Positions 10,670-24,420 of a stretch of DNA of 64,000 nt are shown here, one piece after another. Source of the DNA: Sphaerodactylus townsendi (lineage: Eukaryota). Location of the stretch: the NCBI RefSeq assembly GCF_021028975.2, contig NC_059433.1, positions 25,668,001 through 25,732,000 on the forward strand. Reading direction: 5' to 3'. The position numbers were made by a program, and so were the translations under genes. The notes below the pieces were generated by a model, which worked only from the letters and a program-made list of their open reading frames with translations, did not search any database and was not told where the DNA came from. How positions within the stretch are numbered: position 1 is the first letter of the stretch; every line of letters starts with the position of its first letter.

Positions 10670-13666
10670 CAAGCTACAAGGATAACAATGAGGTAAAAAA
10701 TTAATGATCCCCTCAATATCCTCAGAAGTCAACTACATTTAAAACCATGCTAATCTCTCACAAACTACAACATTTTACATAGTACACAGGGGATAGGAAT
10801 GTTTGCTAGTTAAGCAATCTTATTTAAAACTAGTTCTAAGATAAAAAAGCCAAGGTGTTCTGAGAATTGGGGCGGTGGGGGCAATTTGAGAATCCCATGC
10901 CAAAATTTTCTCCTCCACGATTTTTGAAGATCCCATTTTTCTCTTTAATTGAGACTCATCAGCTGTGAAAACTCGATGCTCCAGCAGCTTACTGAACTTT
11001 TATCAGACAGGGGATGGGGGGAGGGAGAGAACAGGGTTGTTTATTTTGCCTAAGTTACATTAGTCAACACACACGAAAACCCCCAAGTATGATCTGGTTT
11101 TATAATCTTAATGGTGGCCTGCCGTTACGCTATCACATATTATGGCAGGCTAGAATCCTGCAGGGTATCGCACAGATGTGATCTGGAAATTCCACCACCT
11201 CAAAATCTTTCAAGGCACCTGACTCGCATGATCTCTCCCCTGCCCTAACAATAGTCATTCTCGCTATTCCATCCCTTCTAGAAACAATGTTACCCTTATT
11301 GGGCCATTTTTCTATTTCATTAAATTTATCAAACCCTATTTTTGGGCATACCAGGGGAGTTTTCCATGTAGATAGATACCCACACCTTGTTCATAGATGG
11401 TCTTTCTTCATGTGATTTGTCATCCACATGGGTGCAAACCAGTTTAAGATTAACTATAGCAATATTTTTATCAACTTCTGTATGTTCTAATGTTTATTTG
11501 TATAGAAATCATCAAAATTAAAGTATGTGTACATCAAGAACTTGCAGATTCCATACTAAAGACGCTGCTCTAACTTTTACTATGCCTCTGCAGAAAACCA
11601 GGACTTTCTCTAGTTCTTTTGTAAGAAGAAAAGATCATCTGGAAGCTCAAGCACTTACATTTACAAAATCACTAAAAAACATGTTATCTAAAGTTTTTTC
11701 CGCAAAAACAAGTGCAAGAATCTCCTGCTTCAATTTATCATAACTCTATAACTTTATTTCAGGGGTTTAATTAAGTACAGTTTGAAAAAGGTACTCCAGA
11801 GGAATAGTATTTAGGTCAGTGTTATACTAAGGTGATGCTGGAGTAGCTCAGAATTTTTCCCAGTTCCATTTTTCCACTGAAAGAACACACTAGCCAATTC
11901 AAAGTCAGCACTTTACCAACTGACCTTACTGTTAAGTTATTGTTCAATTGCACAGAGGTCAAAATCAGATTTATTTTCTTACAGCTTCCCACAAAGGCAA
12001 AGACTACTATCAGCTGTAATTCTATCTGGTACCTCAAGCAGGTAATATTAGAGTGCCTGCACAGCAGCCTTTCTGGCTGATAATTCCTGCCGATACAAGA
12101 CAGTTAGTAGCTGTCTCATTTCACTTGACACTCGACTGAGATAAGTTTCAGTTGAGGCTTTTGGAACAAACACCGATTCCCAAGAACTTTAACCTCTTCC
12201 TCCTAAACTGCAAAGCTGGAGGCAGAGACAAGCAGACCACATCAAATGCCACATTTTTGCCTCTATCATTTACTTTGATTTAAGAAAAATCAATACAGTA
12301 TTTAAGTCTATACATTAGTAGTGGATCCTAGAACTTTAAAAATGAATTACTGTTGATTACACTTGAATTACAATCCATTCCTTGATATCTCCCTACTATT
12401 TGCTACTTTTCTATTCCTGCTCCACAAAAAACACCACACCACATATTGGCTTTGACCCATAGGAACAGGATTTGGAAATGCATGTTTGGTTTCTATAGGA
12501 GGGTGGTGAAGTGAAAACTGGGCTCCATAGGTGAAAACTTTGCATTAAAGTGAAATAGAACAACTATGGCTCTTCTATTCACTTTCTGAACACTGATTTA
12601 GCTACTGCCATCGGGTTTTTGAGCAACCAAACAATTTTAGATCACAATTTTTGAGAAATCCATAAATAGTGCTTTTATATATTAACAATAAGAGATCCAG
12701 ACCACATTCAGCATATGAGAAATCAATTTTAGTGTGTTTCAGAAACAGAAGCAAATATTTTAAAACATACTTTCATAAATAAGTAAAGTTGAACACACAA
12801 AGTTGAACACACAAACTGATACATAGAGATAATCTACAATAGCTCACAGGGCCTATTGTACACAACACATGAAGAAACAGAACAGCACCACAATGGATTT
12901 AATCTCTAATTTGAGATCTAATTTCACATGTTCTTTCTTGACTTAATGTTTTATGAAAATATTACTCCACCATCAATTGGAATCTACAGGTAACCTTTAC
13001 CTATGCAATTCAATATTCAGGTATTGCAAAGTCATTGACTTAATTAAGATTATTCTTCATTTACACTTCTGTGAATGAGAGAAGGATCATAAGAGTGTGT
13101 CCCTGTAATTCTCAGGACTCGGAAACTCTCCAACTCATTCTTTTATTGGCTTATTCTAAGTTTTACGGATATGACTGCAATAAATAAACTTCTTCATTCT
13201 TTTAGACTGTAAATTGTACCCTGATGAGGGCCAATTAAGGATTTTCCCCCTACTGTTGAACCTGAGAGGAGGTTCAGCTCAGTCCTGTGTCCACTTTCTG
13301 TTAGAAGATAAAAGTGGCAGGATTTCTTTGGAGGTAGAAAATTTTTTTTGGCAGAGGTATTCAGATTGAAAAACCAGAGAACCTTGGATGCTGATTCCTA
13401 AATTGTTTGTTTTAATACTCAGTCTCTTGTTTGGGTTTATAGTTTTTTTGTTTGCTGTTTTGCTATTTAACTGCTTTCCAATTTGTACATGGTTATATTT
13501 TATTGGTTTGGGTCAGTAGACCATAATAAATAAAAAAACAAGTCCTGGAACTCCTTTTCCAACAGCTGAGTTAAGTTATAGGAACTGCTGTTGCTTCCTT
13601 AAGAAAAAACACAAACAATCCTACTTATGTGGACTGACAATGTATATTTCGATTTGTCCTTTATAC

Positions 13667-13757
13667 CTGTTTTCTCCCTGCTTGTTTGAAGGCGGAGGAT
13701 TCAGCACTGTTTGATTCCCTTCCATCTCCACAATGCATTTGGTATTTAAATCCAGCT
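13667..13757 (-). CDS. KIF13A: KIF13A coding exon 2 (ELDLNTKCIVEMEGNQTVLNPPPSNKQGENR)
   Basis: Acceptor ttccag|AG and donor AG|gtataa. 91 nt, phase-compatible with exon 1, and the peptide resembles recalled vertebrate KIF13A. No further exon was recognised in 1-13666. Confidence 0.94.
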
Positions 13758-14949
13758 CTGGAATATAATGCAACAGAAGACATCAGGACTTTCCCTTACA
13801 GAGCGTCATATACATTTCACTCATGTCCAACAACACTTTGCCTTTTTGTTTCTTCTTGAGTCTACAAAACAATTCCCATTTGCTACCAGCAGCATAGGAA
13901 GTAATACGGACGTTGCTCTCTAAAACACATAAAGCTAAAAAAACCAGACCTGCAGATTATCAGCAATCCTCCACTAGTTGTGAAACAGATGTTTCTAAAG
14001 AACAGGGAATACATAAGTATCTTTCAGAACAGAGGTCAGTATAACTGCATGGGTTGCATGTTGGCCAATGCCACACGCCTGTGATCATATCTTTGGATTT
14101 TGCATGAATTAATTCAGAATATACTACCATTACATCCTCGATTCACAATTCAGGTTGCAAAGCCACACTGCACACAAAACCGTTCGTGGAAAAAGCTGGA
14201 GAAGTACACTCCCTGTCCTTTCTTTAATCAGCCTGACGGTGACTGAGTGGTTAAAGAAGACATCTAAATACTGAATGCTAAAAAACAACTGAACCATACT
14301 GATCTTACACATGAACCTCATACTGCCAGTCACTTCGAATGGGGGCGGGGGGGGGGGGGGGGGAAAAGGGGCAAGGCACGGGGTGGGAGGTTATCCAAGG
14401 AGAATCCGCCCAGAGAGACATGAACTTTCCCCGCCCAATAAGCAAGAAAACGACTTAATGGACAGCTTTCTAACAGGATTTATCCAGGGCTCCACTATTA
14501 GAAAAGAGGACAGTTAGATTTGAGTCCAGTTAACACCTTACAGACCAACAAAGAGTTGCAGGGCACAAGCTTTCAAGAGTCAAAGTTCCCTGCCTCAGGT
14601 ACCCAGGGAAGGGAGCTTCAGAAAGCTTACAGCATGAAACATTTGCTGGCCTCTAAGGTGGTACCAGACTCAGATCTAGCTGTTTTACTGCCAACCTCTG
14701 GAATCAGAAAAGGGGGTCTACGCCCTATTGGAAACCTCTTCTAGATCCTTGAGAGACAGATAAGATATGCTGGTTTAAGGATCCCACCCAATGGCTTTTT
14801 TTAACAGCCAGGAATAGTGGGGTTTCTTGGTTATTTTTAAAGACCCCCCAAAGTTCTCCAAAGCCATGTGCAATCTTCTCAAGACCAAAAGTTCACCAAA
14901 GCCTTCGTCACATCCCCGACTACTCTGCAAACAACTTGCTGCTGAGAGG

Positions 14950-15860
14950 AGGCGGAGGGAGGGGGGAAAGGTGTGTCTGAGGGGTCGAGGCGGGTCAGGC
15001 GAAGGCACGGGGTTTCACGCATCGATTTACCTCTCCTGTTCATGGGCCGGACTCTGACGGCCACTTTCACCTTGGTATCCGACATCTTCCCCGCAGATGG
15101 CACGGAGGCGGCCCGGGGGGCTCAGCGGCGGACGTGGCTCCGAGTCCTCCTTCGCACAGCGGGGAGCGGGGCAGCCCCACAGCCAGCCCTCCTCCCGGAT
15201 CGGGACCCAGCGGGCTCCAGTCAGCGCCTCCGCGCCAGCCAGAGTGGCCGAGGACTCTCCCACAGCAGCGCCGCCGCCGCCGCCGCCGCCACCCTGGGAA
15301 AGCGCAGGTCCATCTCGGAAAGGGAGGCGAGGCGACCGAGACTGCAACAGGCTGCGGGCAGGCGAGCGGGAGAAGAAGACTCTTCCCTTCCTTAGCCTCG
15401 TCTCCGCGGCAAGCCCCGCTGCCCCTTTCCCCGACCCCGCGGCGGCTCCTGCTGCTGCTGCTGCTGCTTCTGCGGCCGCCTCCTCCCCATCCCAACCGCC
15501 ATCTTCCAGCGCCGCCGGCGGCTTCTGCCTCGTCTAGCTGCTCAACCCCTGCTGAGATTCCAGGCTCGGGCAGACAGGGGGCCGTCGGAAATAGACGGAA
15601 GATGCCGAATCGCTTCGGCCGGCGGGGGCGGGGGCGGAGGAGGAGGAGGCGGGTCGGCCGTTTAACGGACGCGATTGGGAAAAGTTTCCCTCAGGGTCAT
15701 GCGCGAGATACGCTCCGTTGGAGGATTAGCGGCGCGCAAGCGCAGAAGGGAACATTGGCGGAGAGGGAATGTCGGGCGGGTAGGAGCGGGGCGCCCCCTC
15801 GCTCAGTTGGGAAAGAGGCGGTCGGCGCCAAGTTGAGGAGGGGACTGGGAAGTGCAAGGC
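14950..15860 (-). promoter_or_regulatory. KIF13A CpG island, promoter and 5'UTR
   Basis: Very GC/CpG-rich. GC boxes (ggggcggggcgg, ~15625-15637), CCAAT on the minus strand (gattgg, ~15673) and an NRF1-like gcgcgcaagcgca (~15732), all upstream of the KIF13A ATG. Confidence 0.85.
15031..15085 (-). CDS. KIF13A: KIF13A kinesin-3 motor, coding exon 1 (MSDTKVKVAVRVRPMNRR-E)
   Basis: ATG at 15085. The translation is the KIF13 N-terminal motor motif VKVAVRVRP. 55 nt ending at donor G|gtaaat, inside a CpG island. Confidence 0.96.
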
Positions 15861-16116
15861 TAAGTGTAAGGCAGTTGGGAGAACTGAAGTACTACAGTTG
15901 CAGCATGGCCTCTGCCAATGGCTAGAAATACTTATTTAAAGTTGCGTGTTTTAAGTAAGAATATAAAAAATCTGGATTATAAATATAGGAATCCCAAGAT
16001 CTTCAGTTCCACTGAGTAGTAAACCAGGATCATGGCGTTAGTAAAACGAGGGAAAGAAGAAGTATTCAGTCATTTTCAGTCCATCTTCAGACTCAGGCTG
16101 GAGCATGGAGCTATGT

Positions 16117-16600
16117 CAGTGCTGGCGAACCTTTTCGAGACCGAGTGCCCAAACTGCAACCCAAAACCCACTTATTTATCACAAAGTGCCAACGCAGCAA
16201 TTTAACCTGAATACTGAGGTTTTAGTTTAGAAAAACGCCATTCTGCTGCTACTTGTGAGTAAGCTTGGGGGTAGTCATGGGCCTTTGCTTTCTAGCTAAA
16301 TCGTGGAAACGCCAAACGGTGAATCACGCACCCTGCTGAGGGCTGAAGTGCCCCATTGTCAGCAACTGAGTTTCTACCCTAGGTAAAGGATTGCGCTTGA
16401 AATCTTCCCACAGCAACCAGTGAGGTTAAACAGAACATCAGGTTACCTACATGTCGCGGGGCTCCAGTAGCTCAGGGCTAGGCCTAGATAGGTGGGGGCA
16501 ATTTTCGCCCCCCCCCCCCACGATGAACTCTGCACACGTGCCCACAGAGAGGGCCCTGAGTGCCACCTCTGGCACCCATGCCATAGGTTCGCCATCACTG
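16117..16600. mobile_element. hAT non-autonomous element
   Basis: TIRs cagtgctggcgaacc / ggttcgccatcactg, 8-bp TSD agctatgt. Confidence 0.9.
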
Positions 16601-19600
16601 AGCTATGTTTATTTGAAGTGCTATATATCATGCAATATTTTAAAAATGGAACTGGCATATACATACATGCAAACCCTCTTATTTCTACACCGAGAATTAC
16701 GTGACCATTTCCCCTAAATGTAGTTGCTTAGTGGATTTAAGCTTTACTTCCTCTCTGCTAACTGACAACCTAGCTGACTTTCCTGAAACAGGGCTGATGT
16801 CACATTGGGGATGTGCTCATGAGAGCTGCAGGTGGCATGTCACAACTTATGGTGACTTCAAAGCAAGCGAGAAGCACAGGTGGTTTGCCATTGCCTTCCT
16901 GTGCACAGTGCCAGGGTTAGATGAAGAGAGGCCCTCAACTATTCCACTTGTGAGACGCCTCCCAATCCCCACTCTCACGATTAGAGGAAGATGGAAGAGT
17001 GTTTTAAACAAAATTCAGTAAAGCCGAGGATGATGACAGGTGTTTCAAATTCCACAATTCATGATTCCTCTAAAGGACATAAGATGTTGTTGTCAGATAC
17101 CATGGTGACTGCGGGAAAAATGCATAAAGGTTAAAATTTAACACTCTGAAAAATGCTTGCCATAAATTGAAGGGTTGTTTAGAGACTACAGTGTGTTATT
17201 ACAGCATGTGTAAGAAAGGCCTATGACAGTGTCAAAAATATTGACTAAAGGCCCCCTAGATTTTGAAGCCCTAGATTTCAGCCTGCCAAGCCTATAGGTA
17301 AATCCAGCACTGATCTGCAGAGTCTTCCTTGGTGGTCTTCTGACCCTGCTTAGCTTCCAAAATACCATGCTGTTTTCTCTCCTATGCTCAGAATCCTACT
17401 TAGGACTAGTTACTTTCAGGAAAGTGTTGTTAGGAGTTGCACTGTTTATATCCTCTGATCACAGAAGCGTTATATGGTAACAGTATGTATCATAGGGGTT
17501 TGAATGCAACATTAAAACTCTGAGCTTGCTGTTCACTGGATAACTGCTTCCTGTTCATTGGAAAACTGCTGTATCGTATCCAATAAGAATGGAAAATATC
17601 TGACCGAAAGATTCCACGTATATGCATGCATTCACTAAATCCTCTCATTGCCATGGACAAAAGAATTGAGGTCTTTCTGGTTTGGGATTAGGTTTAGGAA
17701 GTGTCACATCATGTTCCACTCCACATGTCTGACTGAAAGATTCTATGTGTGTGCACTCACTAAATCAACATTTGAACATTTTTCTACATAAAACTCATAT
17801 CTTAGAACTGTCCTTAGAACTGCTTTCTTGCCCTTCATAGCAAAAATGGTCTTCCAAATGATCCATAATGCCATTCCAGTATCAAAATGTGGATTTAGAG
17901 ATGAATAAATATACCTTACATTAGTTTTGTTAAACACTCCCTACTCTGTGATAAATTCCAGGAGTAGTTTACAGTGCAGTCCAATGCAGGGAGGGGTGCT
18001 TTGGGCAGCACAGAAAGGAGGAAAAACAAAAAACCCTCCTGCTGCCCGAATTGCCCCATAGGGTATTCAGGCTTGTGCCACACTTTCGTGCAGCATAAAT
18101 CTGCAGATTCCGGGGCTGGTGTTCTTAGGAATGCACCAGTTTCCCCCCCCACACACACACACACAATTGCACTGGCATCAAGCAGACACCATGGCAGCCC
18201 TGACTGGGTTCACCACCACGAAGCGGAGGGGGGGCTAGTTGCTGGTGCCTCTGCCCTCGGCCAGCTAAGGGTGCCCCTTGCACTGGTGGAGTGGGCAAAC
18301 ACAGTATGGCCCTCTTCCACTTCCTATGCATGTTTAGGTCTCCCCATTTGAAGTGGGCTGCCTGTTTCACCTACTGAAAATGTATAGTATCTTTGCAATA
18401 TTCGTTAATTTCCAAACTTACAAGCATAACTCATTGGTAGAGAATCCACTAAACCTGTATCAGATTCACAAAGAACACCTAAGTGTTTTCCCCTTCTGCC
18501 AGTTTGTTATTCTTCAAAATTCAAACTGTACAACTGCTTCCGAATGTTTCTAGCCGTCTCTCTTTTCAAAACCCTTGCTACATCCATATGTCAAGGCAAA
18601 CAGATTTGTCTGTGACGAACATGAACCTAGCTTGATTTCATGCCTGCATTCTGGCTTTGCTGCTTCTTTTCCCTCCTCTCATTGCCATGGACAACAGAAT
18701 TTGGGCCTTTCTGGTTAGGAACTTGTCTTAGGAAGCGTCGCATCATGCTCCATGCACCAAGACATCTGAATTGCAGGCCTTGGCAAAACAGAATTTGTCT
18801 CTTCCCTGAAAGCCAGGGCGCTAAACCTCAATTTAATCCTGTCTTTGAATCCCAGCTAAAACGTGATTCAGAGCTTCCCAAACCCTTTGACAGTTGTCGT
18901 CTAAAATTAAGGAGGGTTTGCATTCACGACAGCTGAATCAGGGTTTATCTGTATACTGTGGAATGTTGAAAATGGTCTTTTCAGGTGAGCAGTTTATTGA
19001 AGAATTACTGAGGCAGGATCAGTCATGCCTACTTGTACAATAGTCCACTATTTCCTATATCAGAAGGCAACCAGCTATAATATCCTCCTAAATTATTGTT
19101 TGGTTTTTACTATCACTTCAATGTATTATTTTACTGTAACCCATCTTTTGGCTTGAACTGGTTCCCCCACTACAGTCAATTTGCAGCATAACTGAAAAAA
19201 GACACAAAACATCTGGTTAACTCGAGAATATCTCTGGGATAATTTCGTGACATTAAGCCTTAACCACATAGAATTCTGTATAGGATTATCCCCAATTCAT
19301 TTTTCTAAAAATAGAAGAAACTCATGTTTCCTTATTCCACCTGCTGTGTTACGATCGTTAATCTGACTCAATGAGCCAAGAAATATTAAATTGCAGTGGC
19401 AACTGTGAAAAGTTACCCCCTCCCCTAAATGAAGGCTCTGCTTTTTTTTCTCATTTAATCCATATGTCATGGATAATTTAAGATTTATGCAGAGTAGAGT
19501 GCATAATGATATTGATATCTTTAAAGTGTGATTCTAAGCAGAGTTACACCTTTCCCAGTCCATTGAAATCAGTGCACTTAGAAAAGCATAACTCTGGAAT

Positions 19601-19650
19601 GTTCCTGATAACATCCCATGAAATATATTTGTAATATGACGTATTATGAC

Positions 19651-19820
19651 CAGTGGCATAGCACCAGTGGGGCTGGGGGTGTGTGACACCCTGGGCAGAG
19701 TTGCAGCAGGGGTGTGGCTGGGGCATGGAGAGGGTGTGGCATTCCGGGGTGGGCAGCGCTGCAGCAGGGGCACAGGGCACATGCGTGCCCCAGGCACAGT
19801 TTCCCCTCGCTCCGCCCCTG
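19651..19820. mobile_element. hAT MITE
   Basis: cagtggcatagc...tccgcccctg, TSD attatgac/atcatgac. Confidence 0.7.
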
Positions 19821-19835
19821 ATCATGACATCTGCT

Positions 19836-20008
19836 CAGAGGCGTAGCAAGGGGGGAAAGCGCCCAGTACACTGGTGCATCCTCCACCCCTGTCCCACCCC
19901 AGAATGCACCTGCCCTGGAATGCCCTCAGAACGCCTTTGCCACAACCCCACAGGGACGCGCACCTGGTGTGTCGTGCGCACCCCTGTCCCCTTGGAGCTA
20001 CGCCTCTG
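19836..20008. mobile_element. hAT MITE
   Basis: TIRs cagaggcgtagc / gctacgcctctg, 8-bp TSD catctgct. Confidence 0.85.
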
Positions 20009-22489
20009 CATCTGCTGCAATATTGTATGTTTAAAAAAGTAAAGGTGGTGCTCTGTGCAAGCATCAGGTCAGTGGAAATTACTGATCAATGGAGTGACAT
20101 CATAAATTTGTAAATGGCAATTGTACTTGTTCAAGGCATGGATTGTCTCAAGGAAAGCCCAGGAAGAAGGTAATATACCTATGCTAAATTTATTGCAATT
20201 TATAAAATGTTATAATAAACATTGTTGCGATATTGATTCCAGAAAATTACTAAAAATAAAGCAAGTCAAAATTATGCATTTTCACTGATACTGAATTCTG
20301 TTGTAATTATTTCGTAAGTGACTGATACATGATCTTAGTGGGATTTTAACACTTAAAGTTTTCCTAAAGACACTTTCCTGAGAATAAGCTCCATTCAATT
20401 ACGCTGAACTTACTTCTGAGTAGATATGCTTAGGATTACTCCCTGAGTCTAGTAAAATATATTGCAGCCCAGCTTTCCATTGTAGAATTAAATTGTGATT
20501 GGAATAGATTTAAATTTGAATCTAGTAGACCAAGAGGGGTTTATGCTTTTGAGAGTCCACACTTGTGAGAAAGGGGGAATGGTGTTCCTTGATTCCTACT
20601 GATTGAAGTTGTACTGCATTTGTCAAGCCACCAAAATATCTACAGTACTGTATTGTCAGAAAGGTAAGGGAAAGTTTTGATGGGGACTCAGGACCCATCC
20701 CCACCAAGTTTATGTCATGCTACACAGAAGACTAATGAAAACAAAATTCCATGAGGAAGATGATTCCCCCTCCCCGCATTTTGTACACTGAATATATTTT
20801 GCAAAAAGCAGGTTGGGAAATTCCTGGGTTCATGTGGTTGGAGTTGGAGGAGGGTGGAGTTTGAGAGGGAAGGGATGGGACCTCAGTGTTGGATATTGTC
20901 ATAGAGTCCACCCTCTAAAGCAGTCATTTTCACCAGGGGAAAACCTTTCATTTGGAGATCAGTTTTCATTCCAGGAGATCCTCAGGTTGTACCTGGATAT
21001 TGGTAACACTAGCCAGAGACCAGAGTACCCTTCACACACCTGTAGTACTTGGATAAGGGGAAGCTGTGCAAAGTATTCTTTTTGTTGCTGGTAGGGGAAG
21101 GGGAGTGTTCCTTGCCAAAAACATCTTCCAGTACCTGTTTGATTATGTTTTGGAGGACATTATGATTCATTGGGTCACCATGAGTCAGAAGTGACTTGAC
21201 AGCACTTAACACCCCCCCTCCCCATTTGATTAAAATGGCTTCTTGATACAGCAAGAAGACTATTATTCAGGAAACACTACTAGTACTTAGGTTTTGGATA
21301 ATAATTTATTGATGTTTGTACCTTTAAAAGATTCTTACAAAACCATGCAAGTGCGTTGGCCAAAAAACAGTTTTGAAATTTACGACGCCTGATAGCTGAA
21401 CATTAAACATCAGTAATTTAGGAAATCCAACAATAACCTCTTTTTCAGAACTATTACAACAAACATGCATACAGATCTCTGGCACAAAAGGAAAGAGAAT
21501 GAAAGGTATGTTTCTTCCATTCTAACAATGTTTAAATCATTTCTATTAATGCACCTGTGCCAACGTCTTACGATAACCTGGAATAACAGTCTACTTACTG
21601 AAGAAATGTGCATGCACGTGAAAACTTATACCAAGAATAAAACATTGTTGGTCTTAAAGGTGCACGTGGACTCAAACTATTTTCTGCTGTTTCAGAGCAA
21701 CACAGCTACCCACCTGAATCTATCTGAAATACAAATGTAAGCATTGTGTGCAAGGTGGGGAGGGAGAGGCGGTCGTATTGATGTTCTCAGAACATTTCCT
21801 GAAAATCCAAAACATAAAGATTTAATTTTTTAAAAATGGCAACTCGTTTGTGTTATTATATGTAAGGCCCTGGCTCTACCGTTAACTTTATTTCTTTGGA
21901 CCAGTTCAGTGGAGAATGAATTGCTCACCCCGAAAAAGCAATTAACTGCCACAGACAATTTGTGATATGTGCAACAGAAATGAGCGTAAGCTGTGGAAAG
22001 GACAAGTCTTCCATTATTCGCCCCTCCCTAAAAAGCATTCACCCTCTTCATCATTACAATAAAGAATGTCTGGTATGCAAGTATGGCTGAAACAGATCCC
22101 TGCAGTTTTATTGTGATTATGTTTCCTGAATTGAGACTGGGAGCTTGTAGTGAAACAAAGAAGGAGGCCGATATATAAACACTGTTGGGTTATTAGTTAT
22201 GTATTCAGGACAATTTTGTTTTCTTAAAATGGTTCTTAATTGCACTTTCAGAAATCAAAATTTAAAGAAAAAACTATATGAATGAAGGAACAGTATATGA
22301 AAATATAGATTATGTTGAAATCTGTCAACTGAATCTTTTATAATGATTAGCTTTCTATAAAATGGTGGCATATAAAACCATTTTCTTCGGTCATGTTCAC
22401 ATCTGACTCTGCATATCTCACACTTCTGACAATCTAAACATCCTTTGCTTACAAACATACACAAAGATAGCATTCATTCACAAGAGAGG

Positions 22490-22936
22490 TGTAGTCGACC
22501 CACGTGGTCAGCGCAAGAACGAGACGAGACGCGGAGATAACATCTGGTGGAGATCGCCAGCAGCGGGAGACCGGAGGTCCGTGTTCCTAGCGAGTCTCCC
22601 GCATGCCGGTTCCTGGCACCTTTTATTGTTACTCTATCGGGGGCGTGTAGGAGGGAGGATCGGGGGGAGTTCCGGGAGAGCGGGAGATCGGGAGATCATC
22701 ATGTGATGCATGATCTCATCTGGCTACGTGCGGAGAGGAGCGTAAGCGTCTGAGCCTAATCCTCACCTGGGGGCAAGACCATTGTCCCTGCGCCCGGTGA
22801 TTGAGCCAGGCAGTTCATGACCCGTGACTCATTGGGGGATGAGGAGTGGGGGTGCGGTGCGACCAGCAAGGCCGTAGGTCCGTTGGCGTCCCAACGTTCT
22901 ACCACGGTGCTGCTGGGTCAGCAGTGCATCACTACA
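22490..22936 (-). mobile_element. Solo LTR of an LTR retrotransposon or ERV
   Basis: TGTAGT...ACTACA termini and 5-bp TSD agagg. AATAAA on the minus strand (~22622). CpG-rich. Confidence 0.88.
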
Positions 22937-23316
22937 AGAGGAAATGTGTAACACATTGTTCAAATTAAATAGCAATCAGCAACTATTTCCTTCATTATAT
23001 GCCACATTAACCATAATCAATTTTACTGTGAAAAATCAGGTATTCTTAGCTGAGTTTTGTGTAAGTGGACTCCTTTTAATTATCTCACAATCAATTGTTA
23101 TATGTTGTGTATTTATTTTATTCTGTTTACATGTCCATGTCAGTGAAGGGTACCTAAAACCATAAAACATATATTATTACATTGCCCAAGATACAATGGC
23201 AAGTGAGTGCAACAAATTTTGCCATTGTTACAAGAAATGCGCTGTCCAGACAAAAAAAAAAATCAAATTTCTCCTATCAGATAGGAACCCTGAAATTACT
23301 ACAAAAGTGACTGAAT

Positions 23317-23446
23317 GGCCCCTTCCGCACATGCAGAATAATGCACTTTCAATCCACTTTGCAGCTGTGCGGAATAGCAAAATCCACTTGCAAACAATTG
23401 TGAATGTGGATTGAAAGTGCATTATTCTGCACGTGCGGAAGGGGCC
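23317..23446. mobile_element. PIF/Harbinger-type palindromic MITE
   Basis: Same TIRs, 3-bp TSD aat. Confidence 0.8.
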
Positions 23447-24039
23447 AATGTCTAGCATATGTTGTTGGACGAAGGAACCGGAATTAGTGTGCACTGCATT
23501 TATTTTGCATTTGTTACTGCTTTTAACTTTTCCCCTTTTATGCCATTAAAGACATTTTTGTCGTTTTTATTCTGTTTATTAGAAGTATTTATATCCCACC
23601 TTTCTATTGTCCTTATTCAAGGCAGTCTGTCTGTCTGTCTGTCTAATCTTGTTATCTTTTACACCTGATTCAAACCCTTAGCAAGGCTACCCTACAAATC
23701 AAAAGTCTTTTTCTGCTGATTTCCACCCTTCACAGGAGTGTAATGACCAAGACATTCCAGCCTCTACATGATTCCTCCACCATTTCATGACCATGTCCCT
23801 GGATCCAATGAATTGGGTGGCCTAGCCATATTAAAGTAGCAAGACAGCTGGTTGTTACAATTCCCAGTCCTCTCTGGGACTGGGAATCTGTTTTGTTTTT
23901 AATGTTTTGCTGTTATACACTGTGAACCTTTGGAACAGAGTGTTCTACAGCAACATTGTATTCTGTGGCTGCAATCCTAAAGAGACTTCCTTGAGAGAAA
24001 GCCTTCCTGAATTACATGTGTGTATTTATTTTACAAAAT

Positions 24040-24420
24040 TTATATCCCACCTTTCTTCCCTCACAGGGGTATCAAGGCAGCTAACAAATTAAAACATACA
24101 AAGGAAAATCACATTAAAACCATAAAAGCCATTCCCAAAAGCCCGTCATTAAAGCCATTTAAACGAGATCTAAAATATTTAAATATTTAAAAACAACAAA
24201 ACTGTTGGGCATGAAGAAAGGCTCATTGAAGGAATGCCTAACAAAAAAAAAAAAGTCATCATCTGCTGGTGGAAGATGGCAACAGAAGGGTACAGATGAG
24301 TCTTCCTAGGGTGAGAGTTCCAGATTTCGATGCCTCTATCTAAGAAGGCTGTCTCCCTAGTTTTTACCCACCTAATCTCAGAAGGCAAAGTATAGAAATA
24401 TGACCATAGTTATTGGGAAG
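24040..24420 (-). mobile_element. Degraded L2 LINE 3' fragment
   Basis: Minus-strand peptide ...RETAFLDRGIEIWNSHP... followed by a typical L2 3' end. Confidence 0.5.

Noticed and set aside
1-13666. KIF13A micro-exon 3 and later exons
   Set aside because: No convincing match found; intron 2 probably extends beyond the window.
14973-15925. Long overlapping ORFs (up to 263 aa) at the KIF13A promoter
   Set aside because: Low-complexity Arg/Pro/Ala/Gly translations expected from a stop-poor CpG island. Only the 55-nt exon is supported.
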